From Sedimentisphaerales bacterium (GTDB lineage: Bacteria; Planctomycetota; Phycisphaerae; Sedimentisphaerales; SM23-30): a DNA stretch of 64,000 nucleotides. The notes beneath the pieces were generated by a model. It saw nothing but the letters and a program-made list of their open reading frames with translations. It did not search any database and had not been told where the DNA came from. Shown here one piece after another: positions 43,593 through 52,654 of the stretch. Within the stretch, counting starts at the first letter, position 1. The number at the start of each line of letters is the position of its first letter. The DNA is taken from contig CAXXFK010000012.1 in assembly GCA_963663965.2 (NCBI GenBank), forward strand, positions 31,043 to 95,042, in the 5' to 3' direction. The position numbers and the translations under genes are program-made.

Positions 43593-44421
43593 ACTGTGAC
43601 GCCTCTCAAGCGTAGCAAAGCGCAGCTTGTGGGTGCATTCGTCGCCTTGTGAGTTCCAAATTGAATTGAGCGTAACGAAAAGTATAAACTCATCCGCCGA
43701 ATGGCGGATTCAAATAATATCTCGGAGAGATCAAAAGCGCATAGCCCGCCAATTCATTGGCGGGAATAGCCGAACCCGAAACGTATTTTTTAACCACGCC
43801 TCGCAGAGGCGTACCGGCAGGATTTCGCACTGGAGGCGAAAGATAACGTAGATGGGCAACCCCCGGTTGCCCATGCTGGTCTAATCAGCCATGAGCGCAG
43901 CGAATACTAAAACAAAACGAAACGTTGAGCACAGCGAAATCCCGATCTATCGGGAAAGCCAATAATGAAAATAATAACTCTAACCTAAACAACGAAATGA
44001 GCTTAACGAAAAATAAAAACATCATCCGCCTCAAGGCGGATACAAATAATATCTCGGAGAGATCAAAAGCACATAGCCCGCCAATTCATTGGCGGGGATA
44101 GCCGAACCAGAGTTTGAAAATTTTGAACCCAACGCCTCACCGAGGCGCTACCGCCAGGATATCTCGCAAAAAAGATAGATAAAACCAAACATGAGCACCG
44201 CGAAATCCCGATCTATCGTGAAATCCAACATGAAAAAACATCGCCCTGACCCCACCCATGCTCGCATTTCACCCCATTTGTTATAATAGAGTTCTCGTGG
44301 TGCAGAAATCTGTTGTAATTAAGTTTCCTGACGAAGGTTTTTCCTGTAAAATACGAATATAACCTTTCATTGTCAAAAGCAGAAAAAGCAAAAGCTGATA
44401 ATCATTAAGGAGAAAGCTGTC

Positions 44422-45642
44422 ATGTCGAAAATCTCTCGTAGATCATTTCTGGCCGTTTCCGCTGCGGCATCGGGGAGTTCCATGCTCCCTTCTGCTCAGG
44501 CGGCCGAAGTCATACCCGGTTTTGACCAGACAAAGACCGACTATGACGCGGAAAAAGTCTGGAAGCCTTTTAGCGATCGCAAGATTCGGGTTGGAATTGT
44601 CGGCCATGGTGTTTGCCAATTCGGTCTGCAATTTGGACTCCAGCATCATCCCAACGTCGAACTGGTTGCGGTAAGCGACTTATTCCCGGATCGTTGTGCC
44701 GATATGGCTCAAAAAGCAAAATGTGCTAAGACGTACCCGTCGCTTGAGGAGATGGTCAAGGACGATTCAATCGAGGCCATCTACTGCGCCACGGATGCTC
44801 CGGCCCATGCCAGGCATGCGATCCTCTGTATGGAGCATGGCAAGCATGTTGCAACGGCTGTTCCGGCATTTCGCGGCGATATCGAGGATGCCGAAAGACT
44901 CCTCGAATGCTGTAAGAAGAACAGGGGACTGGTTTATGCCATGTTTGAGACATCGTGTTTTCATGACGATCTATTTGCCATGGAAAAGCTCTATGCCGCC
45001 GGAGTCTTTGGCCGTATCGTTTATTCCGAGGGGGAATATTGTCATCCCCATTCTCTGGGAACCCCTTCGCTGGATTCATACAAAGACTGGCGAAAGAAGG
45101 GATGTCCAATGTGGTATCCGACGCATGCGACGGCTTACTATGTTGGCGTTACGCATAAATCCCTGATCGATGTTTCCTGTCAGGGCACCCCCCTGTTTGA
45201 CAAAGACCAGCGTGTTCCCAACGCAATCGGGAACCTATTCAAGTCGGAGGTCGGCCTGTTCCGGACCACCGAAGGCGGGCTTTCCCGCATGATCATATGC
45301 AGCTCGCAGGGGGAATACCTCGAAGCGGGACGCATCCGGGGCGAATACGGCGGATTCAACAAGGCATTTGTCGGCGACCGGGTGGGCAACGAACGCTTCT
45401 ACGAGGCTATCAAGGGCGGTTTGCAGATGAAGAAGTACGCTTTGCCGCCGGGTGTGTCGCCGGGAGGACATGGCGGCTCTCATGGCTACCTCGGTGACGA
45501 CTTTATCGACGCCATCCTGCGCGGCCGCAAACCGAGGGTTGATGTTATCGATGCGCTGAACATGACCGTTCCCGGCTATTACGCGCACCTGTCCTCGATC
45601 AAGGATGGTGAAACGCTGAAGATTCCGCAGTATTCACTCTAA
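44422..45642 (+). CDS. Tat-exported Gfo/Idh/MocA oxidoreductase
   Basis: SRRSFL Tat motif, IRVGIVG, GKHV, YPTH, GGHGGS. Confidence 0.88.
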   Translation: MSKISRRSFLAVSAAASGSSMLPSAQAAEVIPGFDQTKTDYDAEKVWKPFSDRKIRVGIVGHGVCQFGLQFGLQHHPNVELVAVSDLFPDRCADMAQKAKCAKTYPSLEEMVKDDSIEAIYCATDAPAHARHAILCMEHGKHVATAVPAFRGDIEDAERLLECCKKNRGLVYAMFETSCFHDDLFAMEKLYAAGVFGRIVYSEGEYCHPHSLGTPSLDSYKDWRKKGCPMWYPTHATAYYVGVTHKSLIDVSCQGTPLFDKDQRVPNAIGNLFKSEVGLFRTTEGGLSRMIICSSQGEYLEAGRIRGEYGGFNKAFVGDRVGNERFYEAIKGGLQMKKYALPPGVSPGGHGGSHGYLGDDFIDAILRGRKPRVDVIDALNMTVPGYYAHLSSIKDGETLKIPQYSL

Positions 45643-45903
45643 AGCCGGAACTGCAAACCAACGGGTCTGATCCAGTTGAAAAACGTGAAAAACGTGAAAA
45701 ACGTGGGAAAAACGTGGGACAGTCACCATTAAATTGACAAGAAACAAAATGGATGAAATAGAAAAAGTGACTGCCCTTAGTTCCTGTTTTAAGCTATCGG
45801 GATCAGTCTTTCAGAACAAACTCCATTAGAAAACACTTGTCTCGCTATTCACGGAGCATCCCGCTTGCGGCTCTGGATTGGTTTTCTAGTGTCACCCTTA
45901 AAA

Positions 45904-46443
45904 TTAACACATCAACCGGCTGATCAGATCATCCATCTCTTTGGCATCCATCGGAACCATACCTTCCGGACAGTCGCATTTCAGTTTATGCGCGATTAAT
46001 TGAATCAAGGTATCCAGCGGATATTTCTGCATCGATCCATCCTTACCGGCCAGATAAGGGTTCAACTGCATCCTCAACCGGATCAGTTCATCCAGAAAAG
46101 GTAAATCCGCCATGCGATACAACACCGCATACGCCACCCGTCCGGCCTCATCCGGCGCCTCGGCAATAACGAATGGGTCATAAAGCAGCGCCAGATTCAA
46201 ATACCGGTATCGTGCTGCGCCATACTTGAGCGCCCCGTCTTCCTCCGCCTGGTCCGGGGTAAATAACGGCCCGCCCCCACAGGGCAGATCATAATAACCC
46301 GTTTGCAGCAACTGCCGGATCAACCCCGGCATCTCTTCCGTTACCGGATGACCATACCGCCCCGCAAAAAAAGATCCCGCCACCAGGCCCACTCCCAGAC
46401 ACACCACACCTGTCAGACACAAAATGATCAGATTTTGATTCAT
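45904..46443 (-). CDS. Hypothetical membrane-anchored protein
   Basis: 179 aa, N-terminal TM helix, GAGG RBS. Confidence 0.55.
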   Translation of the reverse strand: MNQNLIILCLTGVVCLGVGLVAGSFFAGRYGHPVTEEMPGLIRQLLQTGYYDLPCGGGPLFTPDQAEEDGALKYGAARYRYLNLALLYDPFVIAEAPDEAGRVAYAVLYRMADLPFLDELIRLRMQLNPYLAGKDGSMQKYPLDTLIQLIAHKLKCDCPEGMVPMDAKEMDDLISRLMC

Positions 46444-46535
46444 ACGTTTGCCTCATCCTATCGTTTTCAGTAATATTGCTTTCGCCGGGGTACCGCAGAG
46501 GCCCTATGTCCAATCCGGCATGACAACCTCTCCTT

Positions 46536-47432
46536 TTAAAATCGCCGTCTGTCAACTTCCCAGATCCCCAACTTCTCACGATATTGTGATGTCGACCAGA
46601 CCTGACTATCCCAGAATTCTTTGACAACCAGATCATCATTATCACCATGCTCAATTGCCCAGTGATAATGCATGGTTGGCTGAACACTGTCATCATATCC
46701 AATACGCACACATCGGCCAATAATTGTGCTTGAACCACTGGCATTCCAATATATCTCAGCGTTGCCATAGACCGGCGAAGGCAATAAATAGTCGTCAAAC
46801 AGATCATTATAGGTTTGCACAAACATGCTGGCCCGATCTTGGATAACCTCATCCACCTCCCAGATATATTCATATTTCGGTATCTTAGCGCATCCCGCGA
46901 CAGGTACGGCATACAAAACTACTGATTCACGTAATGCCGCTAGAATAACAGCATCACGCGATAAAGCTGCCGGTGCCACAAGTGAGAATTCATCTCGGTT
47001 CATTGCCAGATCCCAGGCAGCATTGACGATAAAATCAATATTCCAATTATTTGGGGTATTGTTTTCTAAAACAATTGTAAGAATATCCTTATTTGCATTG
47101 AGCAGTGATTTTCCCTCAGGTTTCCCAAATAATGGAGATTCAGCAACCTCTTTAAGGCGCCAGAACTCATCCACTTTTTCAAGTTCAGATTCACGACTTT
47201 CGGACTCCCGCTGTAATGCCCGGATTATTCAAAAATATTCTGTCAATTCGTCATCTTCAGAATAATACCCTTCGACCGGTACATCAGCCGGTTCCAGTGA
47301 CAGGGCTTTTGCAGTAATTCTGGCACACGCCAAAAGCTCGCCACGCTCATTCTGTTTCATCGCTTCACGATACAGTTCATCTAGCCCAAGCAGAAAAATC
47401 CGATTCGTAATAACTCGTCGTTCTATTGCCAC
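46536..47432 (-). pseudogene. Hypothetical gene interrupted by an in-frame TGA at 47229-47231
   Basis: ORFs 47229-47432 and 46536-47174 share a frame: ...LTEYF*IIRALQRESES... Confidence 0.65.
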
Positions 47433-47727
47433 AGTCTACCCCTTTTAACAAGCATAACTCTTTATAAAACACACAAAACATTATTGTACTGTCTTCATAA
47501 ATCACAGTGAATACTATTTTACAGACATTACCTGAAAATCCCCTTCCATAATTCCAATAATTCCCATAATTCCCATACCCAATCCCACCACCACATCCAT
47601 CATAACTACATACATTTCATGGTCTTAAACACCCACATTAGCCCCATCAGTCCCATTCGTCTCATGTTTTTTAATGACACAACTTAAATATATTTATGTT
47701 TTTATTGCACAATATTACATTTTTTAT

Positions 47728-47756
47728 TTGACTATTTAGCAACTTCGATCTATAAT
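47728..47756 (+). promoter_or_regulatory. Near-consensus sigma70 promoter, copy B
   Basis: TTGACT-17bp-TATAAT with an AT-rich upstream region. Confidence 0.75.
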
Positions 47757-47762
47757 ACCAAA

Positions 47763-47855
47763 GTCGACCCGATAGCCCTCGAACCACCCACCCAACCCCG
47801 GCGCGCCCCGCACCAAACCCGGCCGCGCCCGCAGAGACCCTCTGCGCATTTTTTG
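47763..47855 (+). ncRNA. Putative C-rich small RNA, copy B
   Basis: Lies between the promoter and a GCAGAG-ACC-CTCTGC hairpin followed by a T-run; no ORF. Confidence 0.5.
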
Positions 47856-49094
47856 GGGTAGGCTGTGTGCTGGGTGCCACCCTTCAAGCTTGTGGGTGGA
47901 TTTGTTGCCTTGTGAATTCCAATATGAAATCTGGTATCCAACCAGCCAATTTGTCGTGGCTGTTATAACAATACGAATGAAATGGAAATCAACAAACTAA
48001 AACAACCTGACATGCTGATTGTAAAAGGCCCGAAGGTCGAAGATCCGCCTCAGGAGGAGCCGACCGTTTCTAGCCGGGGTCCGTAAGGCCCCGGATAGCG
48101 ATGGTAATTTAATTTTTAACCCACGCCTCGCAGAGGCGTACCGACAGGATTTCGCACCGGAGGCGAAAAATAAAACCAACCATGAGCGCAGCAAATACCA
48201 ACACAAAACGTTGAGCGCAGCGAAATCCCGATCTATCGGGAAAGCCAACATGAAAAATCACTCTATCCTTATCAATATCAAATACTTATACCGAAATGGG
48301 TGCCACCTTCAAGCGCAGCTTGTGGGTGGATTCGTCGCCCTGTGAGTTCCAATTTGAATCGAGCTTAACAAAAAATAAAAAAATCATCCGCCTTGGGGCG
48401 GATACAAATAATATCTCGAAGAGATCAAAAGCGCATAGCCCGCCAATTCATTGGCGGGTCCAAACGAACCCGAAACGTGATTTTTTAAACCCACGCCTCG
48501 CAGAGGCGTACCGACAGGATTTCGCACCGGAGGCGAAAAATAAAACCAGCCATGAGCGCAGCGAATAACAACAGAAAACGAAACAAAGCCAATGATGAAA
48601 ATAATGGTCCTAACCCCAACAACGAAACGAGCTTAACGAAAAATAAAAAAATCATCCGCCGAATGCCGCAGGTCCGCCTCAGGAGGACGGATACCCAAAG
48701 CGGCCCAACGGGCCGGCATAAAATAGCCCAGAAAGAATACTGATATTAATAATAACATATACTCTAAGGATTAGTATAACCTATGAGGGCAGAGCGAGTC
48801 CCGATCCATCGGGACGAGCGCCACCCTGGGTAACGAACATGAAAATAATATTTTAAACCACGCCTCGTAGAGGCGTACCGACAGGATATCTCGCAAAAGA
48901 GATAGATAAAACTAACCATGAGCGCAGCAAATACCAACATAAAACGAAACAAACCCAACATGAAAAAATATCACTCTAACCACAACGAAGAACTGAACTT
49001 AACCAATATAAAACCAACATCCGCCCCAAGGCGGATACCACAATTTTGCATTTTAAATTCTAAATTTTAAATTTCTAAACAGGAGGTACCAACC

Positions 49095-49934
49095 ATGTCA
49101 TCGTCACTAAGAAGACTCAGAGCCAACCGTCGCAACGCCCAGAAATCCACCGGCCCCAAAACCCCCGAAGGCAAGGCCATCTCATCGAAAAACGCCATCA
49201 AACACGGCCTCAGCGGCCAGGACCCCGCCCACCTTATCGTCCCCGGCGAATCCGAACTCACCTACCTCGAGTTCCGCGCCGCATTGTTGCAGGACCTCAA
49301 ACCAACCACCTACCTCCAGCGCCACATCGCCGACCAGATCGTCTCGGCCGCCTGGCGACTGGAACGGATCGGCCGCATCGAAGCCGAAATGATCGACGCC
49401 CGCGTCTATCAACTCCGCCTCACCAACGAAGAAATCCGCAAAGACACCGTCATCGACCAGCCCTTCGCCCATTCGAGTATCTATCTCCCACGTCACAACG
49501 AGGTTGGTACCGCCTTCACCCTCGAAGTCCCCGCCTTCAACTGCCTGGCCCGCTACGAAGCCCACCTCAACCGAACCTTCCAGTCAAATCTTAAGCTACT
49601 GCAACAGTTGCAATTACAACAAAAACCAAACGAACCCAACGCCTACCCCCAAGAGTACCCATTTCCCGATTTACCCCGTATCCACATTCCCGACCCCCCC
49701 AGAATCCCCACGCACCCCAGCGAAGCCAAATTGGCCCCCGAATACATCAAAGACCGCCTGCCTGAGTTGATGAAAGACCACAGCGTAACTGACGACCAGG
49801 TCTTCAGTTACGCCTGCAACCGCTACGAAGCCCTCAACACCTTCTCCCAGCAGAACGGCGAAGAAGCCCTCCACGCCCTCGGCATCCCCACCAAACCCCC
49901 GGCCGATATCCCCATCCAGGAGGATAAGAAATAA
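49095..49934 (+). CDS. Uncharacterised ANRxNAQKSTGPKT-family protein
   Basis: AGGAGG RBS; ANRRNAQKSTGPKTPEGKAISSKNAIKHGL, WRLER, RYE..L.R, NEPN motifs. Confidence 0.8.
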   Translation: MSSSLRRLRANRRNAQKSTGPKTPEGKAISSKNAIKHGLSGQDPAHLIVPGESELTYLEFRAALLQDLKPTTYLQRHIADQIVSAAWRLERIGRIEAEMIDARVYQLRLTNEEIRKDTVIDQPFAHSSIYLPRHNEVGTAFTLEVPAFNCLARYEAHLNRTFQSNLKLLQQLQLQQKPNEPNAYPQEYPFPDLPRIHIPDPPRIPTHPSEAKLAPEYIKDRLPELMKDHSVTDDQVFSYACNRYEALNTFSQQNGEEALHALGIPTKPPADIPIQEDKK

Positions 49935-50043
49935 GGTAACCTCAGCGAATATAAATACTCCGATTCACTCAAGGATTAGCCCAACCAGCCAATCCAACCA
50001 ATATCGCTGCGCATTGATCAAACTTTTCAAACCCAATGGCAAT

Positions 50044-50077
50044 AAAAAAACGGACCTGGTTTTAGGCAGATCCGTTT
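50044..50077 (-). terminator. Intrinsic terminator of the polysaccharide cluster
   Basis: On the minus strand AAACGGATCTG...CAGGTCCGTTTTTTT. Confidence 0.65.
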
Positions 50078-50108
50078 GGATTTACGTTTCTAATAGACTG
50101 TGAGTCAA

Positions 50109-51167
50109 TTAGATAGGTGCCGGGTATTTGATTCCAGCATGTGTTGGCTGATTAAACGGGTATGATTGAGGTAACAGATCATGCAGGCCGGGCATTGGAT
50201 AAATATCCGGATTGCGATACCATTGGACCATGGTGCGCAGGCCGGTTTCCAGTGAAAATGGCGGGGTAAAACCAAGGTCACGAATATAGTCGGCCTGATA
50301 ACGAGTGGGAATAGCCAGTTTACGAACCCGTTGGGTGGAAACGCGTAGCGGTTTGCCAGTAATCAGGCTGACGAAATCAAACAAACGCCCCACAGCCAGA
50401 CCAAGCCACTGAGGTAGATCCGGCAAGGGAGTGCGCCGACCCAGAGATTCTGCGATAATAATTGCCATTTCTTCAACAGTCAGGTCAGGACTATCCACGT
50501 AATTACAGGTTTGCAGACCGGGCGCCATAAGTTCCAATAGAAAATGGGTAGCGGCAATCAGATTATAGACATAGCAGGTGCCTTTGATCGTATGGCGTGA
50601 ACCGAAATAGGCAAACAGTCGCCGGTCGATCTGCCGGATCAGGCTGTACATATTGGCCTGGTTCCCCGGACCAAAGACCAGGGCGGGCCGAATGACTAGG
50701 GCCGAACGCATAAAGCTGTCTTCCGTCCATTGGGCAATGGCCTGTTCGGCGGCCAGTTTAGATTGACCATAGGGTGAGATTGGCCGGGGACTCGTTTGTT
50801 CATTGCGGACCTGGGTGGCGTCGCCATAGACCGCAACGGAACTGTAGAAAATAAAAAAATCGACCTTGAACTGGGCCATGCCGTCCAGCAAACATTGGGT
50901 CCCGTTCTGATTGGTGTCGAAGTATTCATGCTCTTCGATACCAAAGTCATGGTGCTTGGCGGCCAGATTGATAACACAATCAGCGTCCGCTATAACGGGC
51001 CAGACCTGTTCCTTGACACGGATATCGCCCTGGACAAAACGAACCAGGTCGTCAGGGTTGATGGGCCGGACCAGATCAAAACCGGTAACCTGATGTCCCA
51101 CGCGATTGAGATAACGCGTCAGGTGGGTACCGATAAAACCGGAGCTGCCACAGATCAGAATATTCAT
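50109..51167 (-). CDS. NAD-dependent epimerase/dehydratase
   Basis: GSSGFIG, SSVAVYG, YGQSK. Confidence 0.9.
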   Translation of the reverse strand: MNILICGSSGFIGTHLTRYLNRVGHQVTGFDLVRPINPDDLVRFVQGDIRVKEQVWPVIADADCVINLAAKHHDFGIEEHEYFDTNQNGTQCLLDGMAQFKVDFFIFYSSVAVYGDATQVRNEQTSPRPISPYGQSKLAAEQAIAQWTEDSFMRSALVIRPALVFGPGNQANMYSLIRQIDRRLFAYFGSRHTIKGTCYVYNLIAATHFLLELMAPGLQTCNYVDSPDLTVEEMAIIIAESLGRRTPLPDLPQWLGLAVGRLFDFVSLITGKPLRVSTQRVRKLAIPTRYQADYIRDLGFTPPFSLETGLRTMVQWYRNPDIYPMPGLHDLLPQSYPFNQPTHAGIKYPAPI

Positions 51168-51207
51168 GATATGCTCCCCGGAGAGATGATTAAATTAAAT
51201 GTAGAAT

Positions 51208-52621
51208 CACTGCTGTCCAAAATAAATTGAAATCTCTAACATGTTGTCTCTAAACCGGCCTGAAAGGGTTGTTTCAGACAGATTTTTCCATTTTCTGAGT
51301 TCAGGTTACCCTGTTTTTTTATACGGTTATATTTCATGCTGTCCAAGTTACAGTTCAAACAATAAGGGCTGGTTGACAGGCGGCCCTAATGCCGCCGTTT
51401 GATACGGATTATCCAGCCATGTCCACAACTCACGATAAGTCATCAAGTTAAGCCTTAACAGGGCGGCCAGGTTAGACAGGCTCCAGCCAAAACGGGAACG
51501 CATCTGCATGATCTTCAGTATTAAGCTACATATCAATGCTGTCCAAATCTGTGTCTTGACGGCATTTTCGCTGGTACCCACAAAGGTCTTTACTTTTAAA
51601 TTCTGCTTGAGCGCCTTGAAAAACAACTCAATCTGCCAGCGATCTTTGTAGATCGAACTGATCGTGCTGGCGGCAAATGTCAGATGATTGGTCAGCAAGG
51701 TAATCTCACGCTCATTTTCCGCATCCCATACCACAATCCGCCGCATCACACGAGGGCATCTTTTTTGGGCTTGATAACCGGTAAATTCGATCAACTCATC
51801 GGACAGAATATTGCCTCTCTCAGGAACCTCCCGAGATTCGACCACGCGGTAGTTCATATTACTTTTGGCTTTGGTGACAAACCAGACACCGGTTTCAGTC
51901 CAGTGGTCAAATAATTCGTAATCGACATACCCTCGATCCATCGCTACGATCGTTCCCGGCTCTAAATCAAGCATTCTGGCCGCTTTGACATCATGAACCT
52001 TGCCGTCGGTGATCCAGGCCCAACTGGGCAAACAGCCCTGGTGATCAAGCATCATGTGGAGTTTCACCGCTCCTTTACGCTGCCGAAATCTGGCCCAGTC
52101 AAACACCTTAAGGCACAAGTCAATGGTGCTGGCATCTATGCTGAATAACGGGTTCTTGAATCGGAAGCGCCGCTTCTGCTTACCGGCGATCTCAGCGCCA
52201 TACTGATAAAGCTGATAGAAGGTCGCTTCATACAACTGCCATGGCCGCTGAGTATTCGCGTAGCTCAGGGTGGAACGGGAGGGCGCCTCTTTCATGCCCA
52301 GATGGGTCAATTTGCCCAGGGCCGTGGATAATCCACCACAGATCTCACGCAGGGAGTTCGCACCGGCCAACTGGCAAAACATCATTGACACAAACTGATC
52401 CCAGCAACGGAAGCCCTTGCAATGCTTTTCCGCCCCAAATCGATCTACAGATCGGGCAAATTCATTACGATCTACCAGAGAAAGTACTTGCGTAAACAGA
52501 CTGCCTGACTTTATCATGGGTTTATATCTCCAGCTGAGTTTTTTATTTTTTTGCAACTTTAATATAACTCATCCTGGAGATATCTCTATTTAATTGTCAA
52601 AATTTATTTTGGACAAGAGTG
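51208..52621 (-). mobile_element. Complete IS4-family insertion sequence (1414 bp)
   Basis: Inverted ends CACTGCTGTCCAAAATAAATT / AATTTATTTTGGACAAGAGTG; 9-bp duplication ATGTAGAAT at 51199-51207 and 52622-52630. Confidence 0.92.
51348..52517 (-). CDS. IS4-family DDE transposase (DUF4372-type N-terminus)
   Basis: IDAST, DRGY, Y.DRWQIELFFK signature. Confidence 0.93.
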   Translation of the reverse strand: MIKSGSLFTQVLSLVDRNEFARSVDRFGAEKHCKGFRCWDQFVSMMFCQLAGANSLREICGGLSTALGKLTHLGMKEAPSRSTLSYANTQRPWQLYEATFYQLYQYGAEIAGKQKRRFRFKNPLFSIDASTIDLCLKVFDWARFRQRKGAVKLHMMLDHQGCLPSWAWITDGKVHDVKAARMLDLEPGTIVAMDRGYVDYELFDHWTETGVWFVTKAKSNMNYRVVESREVPERGNILSDELIEFTGYQAQKRCPRVMRRIVVWDAENEREITLLTNHLTFAASTISSIYKDRWQIELFFKALKQNLKVKTFVGTSENAVKTQIWTALICSLILKIMQMRSRFGWSLSNLAALLRLNLMTYRELWTWLDNPYQTAALGPPVNQPLLFEL

Positions 52622-52654
52622 ATGTAGAATGACACATAATAAACAAAGCTATTA

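Larger units (their letters stand above)
43316..44250 (+). repeat. Non-coding region A: 9-mer TCCCATAA(C/T) repeats, conserved leader, two ~330-bp palindrome-rich units
   Basis: Homologous to 47536-49040; units start at ~43668 and ~43999. Confidence 0.85.
47536..49040 (+). repeat. Non-coding region B: same leader as region A plus three ~370-bp palindrome-rich units
   Basis: CACGCCTCG(C/T)AGAGGCGTACCGACAGGAT starts at 48122, 48492 and 48859. Confidence 0.88.

Noticed and set aside
46440..47500. Integron cassette (GTTATGC before the gene start)
   Set aside because: No matching attC inverse core downstream and no integrase
47671..48961. Small ORFs within the repeat regions (also 43072-43407, 43627-43851)
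   Set aside because: Translations of palindromic repeats; frames not conserved between copies
43618..49040. CRISPR array
   Set aside because: Units are ~350 bp and degenerate, with no repeat-spacer alternation and no cas genes in the window
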